Source: Phoronis australis (taxonomy: Eukaryota > Animalia > Phoronida). From it: 64,000 bases of DNA. The position numbers and the translations under genes were made by a program. The stretch covers positions 392,260 to 456,259 of the forward strand of contig NMRA01000017.1 of the NCBI GenBank assembly GCA_002633005.1. The letters run 5' to 3'. The notes beneath the pieces are model-generated. The model did not search any database. It saw nothing but the letters and a program-made list of their open reading frames with translations, and was not told the origin of the DNA. Below, one piece after another: positions 47,601 to 57,622 of this stretch. Each line of letters begins with the position of its first letter. Position 1 is the first letter of the stretch.

Positions 47601-50600
47601 AAATTTTGAGTTGCCACGAAATTCTGATCACCAGTCATTTGAGTCATGTCTCTATATTGAGGAGTCTGCCAGCTGACGGTATTCATGAGTAATGTCACTG
47701 TATTGTGTCTGTCTCTTGCTTCAATTTGGTGACAAAATGCTGCATCATTCTAATGTATAATTCCATTGTCACATGAATGCAGCCAGTAGCTCTCAGCCAA
47801 GGCACACTTCTCAAATTCATGCTTAAAAGAGACGCTTCAATGTTTTTACCTTGCTTTGTTCATGTCCAAGTCATTCAACTTGTCCTTCATCGCACTGTGT
47901 CATGATTTTTGTTAACTGTTAACACTCGTCTTCTTATTCATGGCCAGCTTTCCTGTTGATGATCAGACAGTCCTGCTGTCCGAGGATATGGACTTTACTG
48001 AAGTATTCAACTCATCAACTGCACTTTTGATGACCAATCAACAACCACTACCATGCCCCCTGGTGACTGAGTCGACAGGCTCATCTCAGGACGGTATGGA
48101 AGATGACAACATGACCAGTGTAGATAATGAAGTGGTCGAGTGTGGTGAAAATGCTGCAAAGGCAAGTGGAAAAAAGAAGGCAGGACCGCCTTCTGAAGAT
48201 CTTGTAAAAGGTGAGTGTAAGCCTCATATTGGTTGAAGCAGTAGGTATTGCCAGGAAGAGTCATGCGTCTTAATGATTTTATGGTGTTTTTTTTAAAGCA
48301 ATTGCAGAAGTACAGTTTACTTGAGAAGAAAATCGGTAAAGCCGCTAGAAAGACTAGACCTATGTTTGCATTATGTGACCAGTTTCTTTTTTTTGTGACT
48401 TACAACAGTAGTGTTGCTATGCTTTGGAAAAGTTGACTTCAACACTCACTATCGAAAATTCCCAGAAGCATGTCAGGGATAACGCTGATGCATAGATGGT
48501 GATGTAATCAAATGTGGAGCTTTGGAAATCTGTATTCTGCTCGTTAGGCATAAAGGTTACAATATTAGTGTACGTCTGTAATATCTGGTATGGCAGAATC
48601 ATGTTCAAAAGATGCTGCTCGTTGATAAAACCTCACACGTGTGCAATGTAGTCAGTTGATGAGTCAAGTCAATGGGTGTGATGAAAATGCGACCAACCAG
48701 AAAACTTTAACTTACAAGGTCAGAGTTTACAAACTTATGCTTGTGATTTTGCCTGGTAATAGTGGTGTTTTGTAGCAGCAAAACAACATTCTGGGGTTAC
48801 TAATTTGTTATCCGATATAAGGTGTATTGAGTGGTGTATAATGGTGAAATGGTGAGTGTCAAATGCTTTACATGATTTCGTAACTGTTTTTAACAGTTGA
48901 GTAGAGAAATACAACAAGTTACAAAGGCCAGAAGCTCATAAGTGTTATTTTTTGCTTATAGCTCGTATCGGTTTTATCTCATTTTACTTTGAAGTTGGTC
49001 GTATTTTTACTCACCAAGCTAGTGCTTGATATACTTATGCATGTTTTGTGTGTCAGGGCTTGGAATTTTCTGCGGAAACGCGGATTTCCGCTTTTTTCAA
49101 ATGTTCTGTCCGCGTATCTTATTATATTTCCGCGTAAAAAATCGGATTTGATATAAAATTTCCGCGGCAAAGTTCTTTCTTACCGCCGCGTTGCCGACGA
49201 CTTTCGCCTCGAAAAGCGGAAGTTGCTCTTTATGTTAATTGTCAACATTGCGGGGCATCTGAGATAGCGTGGTGGATTTCCTCAATGGCGGCTCGTGTGA
49301 TTGTAAACCGCGGTGACAAATACTACGACTCTGCAGCCAAAAATGTTTGGAGGCGGGAGTGGCAGACGAGCTAAGACAGACGCACGCTGAAGCGCGCTTT
49401 CAGGCCGTAAAAATTTCCGCGTTTTTCGCCATTGGTCATTCCAAGCCCTGGTGTGTTTAACGCATGTAACCAAGGTAATTTAGTTTGAAACGTTCGTGTT
49501 TCTATGGCGAATATCGTTTTATGTTTTCATTTTTGTAATTACATTAGCTACCAAGTCCAAACAGAAAAAGAGCAAGGTTGGAAATAAGGAGAACCACGCT
49601 GAACCGACCGACGCTTTGTCTGATCTTGACAGTGACTCAGCCAGTCATAAGAAAACCAACTTTCAGGTGCACCTCTCCAAACTGGGCAAGATCTCGTTTG
49701 CTGCTGGTAGGAAAGACACTGGCATGCAGGTGAGAGATACTGAGGGTGTACTGTTGGTCAGTTAAAGTAGTTATACCTTCTTAAATCCATATCATTAACA
49801 TGCGCATACCAATTAGCCAAGGTTTTTAAAGTTCTGTGGTCATATCTGTAAAACTTGCAACATACATCTGGAATGTGTTAAGGGATATTATCTCGTGATA
49901 GTTGTTTTGTAAAAAAGCTACTGTCATTCTTTGTTTTTCACTACCAATTAAACAGTTTTAGATAATCTATTTTTGTGTGTAAGTGAGTGCTGAAATGAAG
50001 ATGTATTGATGCTAACCTTTGTCTGTTGGTTTTGCAAACACAATTATGTTTGATATCACATTTCACTGCTATTACAGTACTCTTAAAATGTAGTTTCAGA
50101 AAATTTTGAATATTTTGAAACTGTTGTGTAGGTGATCAAAGACAGCAAACTACCCAAGGCCAGGTCAAAGCCATCAAAATCTCGCTCCAAATCCCGGGCA
50201 ATGGCCGTGAGCAATCAAAAGACATTGTCAGCAGAGACAGACGTGCCAGTGTCCGTGTTCGACTATGAGGGCACACCTACAGACAAGAGAATGAAGGTGT
50301 ACGACGTATCACTGAATGAGTCGGTATCTCCTAAGAGGCCCACACTAGGCGAGTTCAGGCAACAGGTTCTACAGGTAAAAAATGTTGGCTGGTGTCTTTA
50401 TGGCTTTTGTGGTGTCCCAGGTGTGCTTGGGACCATGTCATGTGACTGTGTGTCACGAGGTCCCCTCAGCATGGGTTTCCACGTAAGTGAAGTCTTCCAA
50501 TCTGCTTATTGTTCTGAGGAAATTGGAAATACCTAAGCCTGTATGATTTGTTGATTTTCTCCAGTCTATTGAGTAACACGGTCAAATCTCTCCAATTTAA

Positions 50601-53600
50601 GACACAGCATGGCCAAGAAAAATTTTATCATTTTTTGTCAAGTATATGTAGCACACAATTCAATGATTTTCGATGTTCAAATTTTGCACGATAGCTACCA
50701 TCAAAGAAAGTTTCCAAAAATTGTGGCCGTTCAGAACAATGGTAGAGGTCATTGAAAAATGAAAAAGGGGGCATTTTTGGCCGTTGTGGACCTCTGTTAC
50801 ATGTTGTTTGGCTGCTAACTGGTCTTTACAATTAGCACAAACAAATTATTATTTATGCATTCTGAAAAACAATTATATAAGCGACTGTCTCAGTTGTGTA
50901 ATTTTGCATATTAACATATTGTTCATGCCGTCAGTAAGCAATGCTATTCAGATATTTGACTAAGAACAGGTTGTTTGTTATTACAGATACCAGAGACCCC
51001 TGTAGTCACGCGATCAGCAGAGAAATCTCGGGAAGCAAAGAGAAAGAGCGATAGCGAGTCTGACTCGCCTGTCCTTGAGAAGCGAGCCCGCACAAAGACC
51101 ATAAGCAAGCCTAAAGTGTTGGCGCCTCCAAAGAGTGCAGGCAGTTCTCCTGTTAAAAATGACGACTCTGTGAGGACATCTGAGAGTGATGGCAAGAAGG
51201 GGGCTCGGTCACGTTCAAGAACTATAACTGTAGGGGAGACAGGGTCCAAGGATACCGCCACGTCTGAGAAGTGCCAGCAGAAGTCAGGGCGCTCTAAGAC
51301 AAGGGTAACACAATCTGGTCCTCGGTGTCGTGAGACTTTTGCCGTTCTCCCGGCAGCTGTGGATGAGGCAAAGAAAAGCCAAGAGGCAGAAGGGCCTAAG
51401 GTTCATGTTGACGATATAGTCGGGCCTAGTGATAGTGAAGGTTGTGTGGAATCCCCCGACAGAATGTCCGCTAGGGCGTCCCGTTCTAAGAGCCACCGAC
51501 CAAGCTCTAGGCAGGAAGAACCTAGTATGTATATTAAAGGGGAAAGCAAAGTTATCTTGGAGAGATGTTTATCAGTTTTCGCAATAGAAAGTGACGTAAA
51601 GGGTCCACCAAAAGTCGTGCAGTTTGGTTCTGCATTCAGTTTGTCTGCATTCAGTTTGTCTGCATTCATTTTGGTTAACCAAACAACAATGACTGACACA
51701 GACTCATTGTTTGATCAATGGAACTGTCGCCAGGGTGACAAGGGATCTGTATTAATTTAAACTTTTTGAGAAGTTTTGGAAAATGAACACAGAGCGCCTG
51801 ATAATCATTCATTTTTGTTTCTTGGTTCCTCTTAGTTGATAATGTTACCGCCAAATTCATGTCATTTATTTGACAAGGTTCTGTGCTAGTGGCTGTAGAA
51901 GCTGGTAAAACACTGTAGTGATTTGTGGACAACATGTATTATGGACCCCAAGAAATAGAACATTTTTGGAAGATGGATTCATCGGTGGGACCAGTGTTTG
52001 AAAGCACTTGTGTGACTGCGTTATGACTATCTTGTTTTTAACTTTGATGAACAGTCTAGCGGAACAGAAGGAATTATAGTGGTTGCATTTCTTAGGAAGT
52101 TTGGATATGCCTAAGCATGCTGTACACCAGGTCTTGTGTTTACGGTCTAAGTTTCATCACTGAAAATTTCTCAGTATAGATTTGACCACCTTTTCTCAAG
52201 TCTGTTTGTGCACAAATCTGCTTAGGGCTGTTCCAGCAAAATCTGTATGGGAGGGGGGGGAAGGCACTTTTATTTCGTACCCACCGCCCATATTTTTCAT
52301 TTATTTCTCCAACCCATGACCCATAATTTTTTAATTATTTTTGATAGGTTGAAATATAAAATCCAACACTTGCAAACAAACTGCCACCAGGATGACCTGT
52401 TAAGAACTTAGATGATTGACAGACAAGAACTAGTCGTCTTGTCCAATATTGTCAAAAACTAAAGTAGCCTGTGAGCAATACTTTTGGCAGCCACCAGGTG
52501 TCTCTGTTCACCATGTGTCTATAATTTCAATGAACATTTTTTCAATTATAAGGATCTATGAATCTCAAACTGTCTCCACAAACTCTTTTATACTTCTATG
52601 TCAAGTGAATATTGGAACTTGTTTATCTTATTCCTCATACTTTTTATTTAAAAATCATCAATTTTCTTATATGTGTTAACACCAGTTTAGTGTTGCATAA
52701 CTTCAATTCAATAGGACTGCAGACAAACAATTGGCACATATCAAGTTGCCCATGACTTGATTAATGGCTTAGTGAACATATTGCACTCTGTTCACTGGCA
52801 ATATGGGCTTTTTTGTTTTGGGATAAGTTAGGATATTTGCCAATTGTATTTTGTTTTTAGTTTTGAGGGCTGGAGTAACCAAACTATCAACATTTGACTG
52901 GTCAAAAAAGACCACCCATTTTTAATGCATCACTTCTTATAGGAACAACCACCCATAATTTGTGTTTCTTTCTTAAGACAACCACCCATGAATTTTTATT
53001 TCTACTGCCGTCCCCCCCCTCCCACACGGATTTTACTGGAACCTTATCCATTTCAGGCCAATCTATCGACAATGAACTTGCTGAAAATCGTTCAGAGGCA
53101 GCAGGAGCAACAACAGCAACCTCTATGAAAACCACCAACGATGCAGAAAAAACAAAATCAAAGCCTGCTAAGACCAAGTTGAGAGCCACGTTTGCAGTAC
53201 CATTGGAGCTAACTGAAGGTGAGATGTTTGGCGATGATGGAGTGCATGGCGACAGTGCTGTGGCTGAAGCCTCTGTGATAATACAGCGTAAGACGTCTCG
53301 GTCAAAGAGTCGTGGTACGCAAAAACCAGCCCACACACTGGACAAAGAGATGGAATTGTTGGGTAAGATGGCTGATTTAAAATAAAATAATAACAGGCGG
53401 TCTGGTACACATTGTACCAAACATGCGCACGCCACGCATGTGGGCCCATTGCACTGATCACCTGGAACTAAAATTTGTGCTTTATTAATATATAGTTAAA
53501 ACCGAGCTGAGGAGCTGTAAACCTGACTTAAGGGTCTAGCAGTGTGACCCAGTGGGACTTGAACCCACGACCTCGAGTAAAGAAGGCGCGCACCTATCAC

Positions 53601-56600
53601 ACTAGGCCACACTGCCTCCTCTAGATGGCTGATGGGGATGGAGAGAAAATATTTTGATGCTTGCTTTTTAAGTTTCTGAGTCTTGCGTTGTATCAGTGAA
53701 ACAATATCCTTCTCCTACAGGATCCCTGACTTGTAGATAACATGAATTTTGCCATTATTTTTGTGGTAAAAAGTATTTTTGTGCAAGCACGGAGATGGTG
53801 CTTTTTCAAACATGGCGTGTTTGAAACACATCTCAACAGTGTGGACTTGGTAAATATTGATATTTTACTTACAAAGTTCTTACTAGTTGTTTGTAACGTG
53901 GCCTCTCATTGGTGGCATGTTATTTACTGCATTCCCAGCCAGTTTATGTGTCTTAGAGACGAGTTTTGCTTGCTAGTTTCTCATTTGAAAGGTTACAATT
54001 TCTGTTTCATAAAACGTATTGCCGAATATAAGGCAATGGCCTTACATTTGGGATTGCATCATTTTAAATGATCCCCGAAAATGCATTATTTTGCCATGTG
54101 TACATGACTTAAATTTACATGACGTGTTGTTTTGTTTTCTTTTATTGATTGGATATTCTCATGGAATGATGTTAGTCAACTATTCTTTGATAATTATTAT
54201 ACTAACCATTATGATCACGGCTTACCTATGGACTTCTGTTGTCCTGTCCAGTGCTCATCCAGGGACTCACTCATGCTCACTATACCTCTGAACTGTGTGC
54301 TTTACAAAGGATTTAATATAATAATTATTGAACTTTAGTTTGTTGCGGATTGTTCATGATATTTGTGATACTTCTTCATGGTGGTGACTTGCTCATTTTA
54401 GCCGACAGCCTTCCCTTCTGTAATGAGCGACGGGGACAGGTATGTGTTGGCAAGCGTGTCAAAGTGGCAAAAAAGGTGGACACTGAGGATGACCTTGAGA
54501 AGATGTTTGAGTCGGACGTCAGTTTGCTGGAGGAGTACGCCAAACCACCGGAACTCAGAAAGGTAAAGGCTAATAGATAGTTTTGAGTTAGGCTCTGTCT
54601 TTAAGGCCAAAGAGCATCGTTGATTCTGGTGTTTATTTTTTTTCAAAATCAAGTCGGTTGTACCTTAATTGTTCGCTTTCTTAGAAAAGCAAATCCATCT
54701 GAGATGAGCAACAATTATGCAGGATTTTTTATCTGAAACTGCTTCGACCACCCAACATACTACTGAACTCGACTATTTGACTCTGACAATAGACAATAAA
54801 TTATTAATTACACATTCTGGAATCTAAAACATTGCTTAGTTTTAATAACAATTACAGATCAACCACGATAAAGCTGTTGGCAAAGTTGGAGTGTGTTTCA
54901 ATTCTAACTGCCTGTTTATAGTAATCGAAATATTAAACAAAAATGTTAACTTTTGTAAATTGATTTATATTAGTTAATTGTTAACCTGACTCATCGTATG
55001 AAACATTGATGTGTGTGTTGTATATTTTCAGACAAATTCTTCCACTGGTACTGCAGACGCAGGCAAAGATGATAAAAAGCTTTCGGTTTCTAGGTAACTA
55101 CCATTGTCTATTCTAGTGACACCATGGGAACTTCTTCAATTTAATGTCCAATGACTTATCTGTGTTCAGTCATGAGCCCTGCCTGACCAATCATGAACAA
55201 GAACAGCTCTGTCGGATGTCACCCTTCCGTTCTCATGAACACCGGTGTGTCAAAAAGATTTGCAGTGTCCGATCCATTTCGGTAACCTTACATTCTCATT
55301 AAAGTTTCTAAACACCTGTTACCCTTCCTTGTCCTTCGTCAGAAAATCACTGTTGCATGTTTTATCTTCTGTTTTCTTGTTTTGCAATTGGACTCTCTAT
55401 TCATTTCAGTGTCCAATCTGACACAGGAAGTTCAGACGACAGCGGCCGGCGTTCCAGACGTGCTGGCAAGGCTGTCAGCTATGCAGAGCCCAGACTCGGA
55501 AGGTGGGTAACTTCGACAGTTCACTAATTACTTTTATGAGACCACATCTGTATTTGTGGACACGTTATGCCGTCATCCCTGTCAGTTCACCGGTCCGTTT
55601 GGTGGTGGCGTCCAGCATCTGCAAAAGCACTCTAAGAATCCTTATCAAAACTGGCATATGTGTCTTTACTGGGAAGAGTATGAATAGCGAGTTTTTAACG
55701 TGTTCAACTGCTGTGGCACCCCTAGAGCCAATTTTTGTTTTTGTTTTTAGCTCAATATCTACTAAGTTCCTCAATGAATCTTCATAAAAACTGAGAGTGC
55801 AACTGACGTCAATTTTGGCACAAATCCAACTACAATGGAATCTCCTAGTGGCAATTAGGTGTTCTTTGCATTTCTTGATATCTATCAAGTTCTCAGACGG
55901 ATGTTGATGCAATTTGGTAAATAGTTTGTTATCACGAAGACAACTGTACTTGTCCCGTTTCATACTGATTTGACCTAAACTGCACCCCCTCGTGGTCTTT
56001 TTGCTCCAGTTCTTCATCGTTCATGTCCCTATCCGTCAAACTCTGTGACGAATCCTGATGAAAGGTGGCGGATGTCTACCAATTGGGGAGAACATTGCTG
56101 ACTTGTTTTGCACCCTCTAGAGTTTACCTAGTAGTATTCCCTCTAGTGCATCAATGTTTAAAATAGTCATCATACCTTGCAACTGTGCTGTATGGGATGC
56201 ACACAGTGGGCGCACATCAAGGCTATGTGTAACTCTTGCTTATAAAGTAGTATTTCTTTGGGAGAATAAGTTACCTGAAGCAGTTTTTAAAAAGTCTGAG
56301 TCACTGTCGAATGGATATGGTTACATTGTTTTCTCTGCTCATTTGTTGTAGTAAACTGCGGCAAGGAGATCCTGGCACCAGCACTATCTATGAGGGGAAG
56401 GAGAAACCAGTATTCACACTCAAGTCAACAGGTATGTTAAATAGCCCGTCTCATATAGATCGTTTAAAAAGGACGTACTATTGNNNNNNNNNNNNNNNNN
56501 NNNNNNNNNNNNNNNNNNNNNNNNNNNNNNNNNNNNNNNNNNNNNNNNNNNNNNNNNNNNNNNNNNNNNNNNNNNNNNNNNNNNNNNNNNNNNCGAACCA

Positions 56601-57622
56601 TTTACTATTTAAAAAGGATTTTGTGAAAGGGGGCTAACAGTTCTGGAATTTTGTACAAACTAATAATTTCCTATAAAATCAAAAAAAATTTCCAAATAAG
56701 TCTCATTGGCTGCATGTATTGTTGTGAGCTCAAGTATTATTGAGCAGACAGCGGGTATGTCAAGTATTATTGAGCAGACAGCATGTATGTCAAGTATTAT
56801 TGAGCAGACAGCGTGTATGTCAAGTATTATTGAGCAGACAGCATGCATGTCAAGTATTATTGAGCAGTCAGCAGTTATGTCAAGTATTATTGAGCAGACA
56901 GCATGTATGTCAAATGTTATTGAGCAGACAGCATGTATGTCAAGTATTATTGAGCAGACAGCATGTATGTCAAGTATTATTGAGCAGCCAACACGTATGA
57001 AAGGGAAAGTGTAGAGTGAAGTGACAGGCCCTGTTTTGTTGGCATGCTTACACATACAGTGTCGAGAATCATTACTCAGTTCAGGACAAAATATGACAGA
57101 AATTTTACTTTATTTCAGATTGTTAATTTTCTAAAAAAAAGCAAATAGTAGGAAAGTTTTGCATTGCTATCATCAACAGGCACAAAGTTGTTTAAAGCTG
57201 CATTTCACAGCCACTAAGCTGTTAATGTTGCAGTCCAAAATATTGCCACGTTCAACCGATTTTGAGTTATTGCTGAATGAGCTGGTTTCCAAATTGTTGT
57301 CGGAAATAGAATCCTATCACAGTAAGGACTACTACGAGTCCGATATTATGAAAGTAAGAGGTCCATTTAACCAAACTACAGTATGCAGCTTTAAACATTC
57401 CTGCAGCAATTTTGTTAATAAACATTTGAAAAATGACCATTACTGGCCCCTTGTGTTTAGTAAGAGAGTCTTTATCGCAATTAAATTTCCTGACAAAGAC
57501 ACAACTTTCCATTGCTATTGACAGATAATTTTATTGCAGGGAAGAAGTCGTCAACCCTCAACAGCAAGAGGTCTGCTCTCTCTGTAATAACCAATACAGA
57601 ACACAGTGGCATGTCACATTAA
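41667..57622 (+). CDS. SGO: Shugoshin (SGO1/SGO2 family), 18 predicted coding exons, 988 aa
   Basis: join(41667-41691,42815-42831,42926-43019,43409-43829,44410-44591,45372-45403,45957-46016,46677-46801,47948-48210,49548-49729,50132-50374,50987-51524,53057-53362,54402-54562,55032-55093,55410-55502,56352-56431,57540-57622) = 2967 nt, in frame. N-terminal coiled coil SLKLNNRALAQALE and C-terminal SGO motif RRSRRAGKAVSYAEPRLGSKLRQGDP. Confidence 0.9.
41762..41856 (+). mobile_element. Short LINE ORF2 C-terminal fragment
   Basis: NYRQRSSVSDMLQHLKWRSLVN/RRADMKL (one frameshift) fits the SSVTxMLxxLxWxxLxxRR pattern near the 3' end of CR1/L2-group LINEs. Confidence 0.5.
42815..42831 (+). CDS. SGO: Shugoshin 17-nt microexon
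   Basis: ttccttattttcag acceptor, gtaaaa donor; needed to keep exon 1 in frame with 42926. Confidence 0.5.
42926..43019 (+). CDS. SGO: Shugoshin exon 3
   Basis: aatag acceptor, gtaagt donor, basic DISLNHKKPK..RGRKQRIQS. Confidence 0.75.
43409..43829 (+). CDS. SGO: Shugoshin exon with N-terminal coiled coil (PP2A-B56 binding region)
   Basis: KKSLKLNNRALAQALEQARSALALQQSENITLNRKL resembles vertebrate SGO2 SLKHNNRALAQAL. Confidence 0.92.
44410..44591 (+). CDS. SGO: Shugoshin internal exon
   Basis: atgcag acceptor, gtatgt donor, phases 2 to 1. Confidence 0.8.
45372..45403 (+). CDS. SGO: Shugoshin 32-nt exon
   Basis: tttcag acceptor, gtacgt donor, phases 1 to 0. Confidence 0.6.
45957..46016 (+). 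CDS. SGO: Shugoshin 60-nt exon
   Basis: ttttacag acceptor, gtattt donor, phases 0 to 0. Confidence 0.6.
46182..46436 (+). mobile_element. Decayed short copy of the hAT-type element
   Basis: Right end ttttttgtcatgggtcattc(attc)caagccctg nearly identical to 3314-3342; left TIR degenerate (catgtcttggaat); no TSD. Confidence 0.55.
46677..46801 (+). CDS. SGO: Shugoshin internal exon
   Basis: ttgcag acceptor, gtaggt donor, phases 0 to 2. Confidence 0.75.
47948..48210 (+). CDS. SGO: Shugoshin internal exon
   Basis: Inside ORF 47940..48236; gtgagt donor; phases 2 to 1. Confidence 0.82.
49054..49450 (+). mobile_element. hAT-type MITE, 397 bp, 6-bp TSD
   Basis: Perfect 13-bp TIR CAGGGCTTGGAAT...ATTCCAAGCCCTG; GTGTGT on both flanks; homologous to 1773-2175. 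Confidence 0.88.
49548..49729 (+). CDS. SGO: Shugoshin internal exon with KEN box
   Basis: attag acceptor, gtgaga donor; GNKENH. Confidence 0.82.
50132..50374 (+). CDS. SGO: Shugoshin internal exon
   Basis: tgtag acceptor, gtaaaa donor, 81 codons. Confidence 0.82.
50987..51524 (+). CDS. SGO: Shugoshin internal exon (S/K/R-rich)
   Basis: ttacag acceptor, gtatgt donor; inside ORF 50975..51760. Confidence 0.85.
52225..53043. mobile_element. PIF/Harbinger-type MITE
   Basis: About 30-bp TIR GTTCCAGCAAAATCTGTATGGGAGGGGGGG / CCCCCCCTCCCACACGGATTTTACTGGAAC; TTA on both flanks; right tip slightly deleted. Confidence 0.75.
53057..53362 (+). CDS. SGO: Shugoshin internal exon
   Basis: tttcag acceptor, gtaaga donor, phases 1 to 1. 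Confidence 0.82.
53377..53622 (-). mobile_element. tRNA-derived SINE, full length
   Basis: Minus strand has A box TGGCCTAGTG, B box GGTTCAAGTCC and a TTA/TTTTA tail; 11-bp TSD AGATGGCTGAT at 53366-53376 and 53623-53633. Confidence 0.85.
54402..54562 (+). CDS. SGO: Shugoshin internal exon
   Basis: ttttag acceptor, gtaaag donor, phases 1 to 0. Confidence 0.78.
55032..55093 (+). CDS. SGO: Shugoshin 62-nt exon
   Basis: ttttcag acceptor, gtaact donor, phases 0 to 2. Confidence 0.75.
55410..55502 (+). CDS. SGO: Shugoshin exon, first half of the SGO motif
   Basis: GRRSRRAGKAVSYAEPRLG. Confidence 0.92.
55565..56150 (+). mobile_element. Helentron-like interspersed repeat copy
   Basis: Shares the start ttatgccgtcatccctgtc and internal unit motifs with 14182 onward; right boundary approximate. 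Confidence 0.5.
56352..56431 (+). CDS. SGO: Shugoshin exon, second half of the SGO motif
   Basis: (S)KLRQGDP; tgtag acceptor, gtatgt donor. Confidence 0.9.
56484..56593. other. Assembly gap (110 N)
   Basis: Run of N in the last Shugoshin intron; single N also at 6428, 13386, 14840 and 35087. Confidence 0.99.
56731..56999. repeat. 30-bp minisatellite, 9 copies
   Basis: caagtattattgagcagacagcatgtatgt head-to-tail. Confidence 0.95.
57540..57622 (+). CDS. SGO: Shugoshin terminal exon with D-box-like RSALSVITN
   Basis: ttattgcag acceptor, phase 1, TAA at 57620-57622; AATAAA at 58555 and 58853. Confidence 0.8.

Noticed and set aside
47293-47680. Exon-like composition in a Shugoshin intron
   Set aside because: All three plus frames contain stops and the flanking exons already join in phase.
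56660-57055. Repetitive ORFs (SSIIEQTACM)n and a CRISPR-like 30-bp period
   Set aside because: Simple minisatellite; a period divisible by 3 leaves frames open by chance, and no splice context supports coding.
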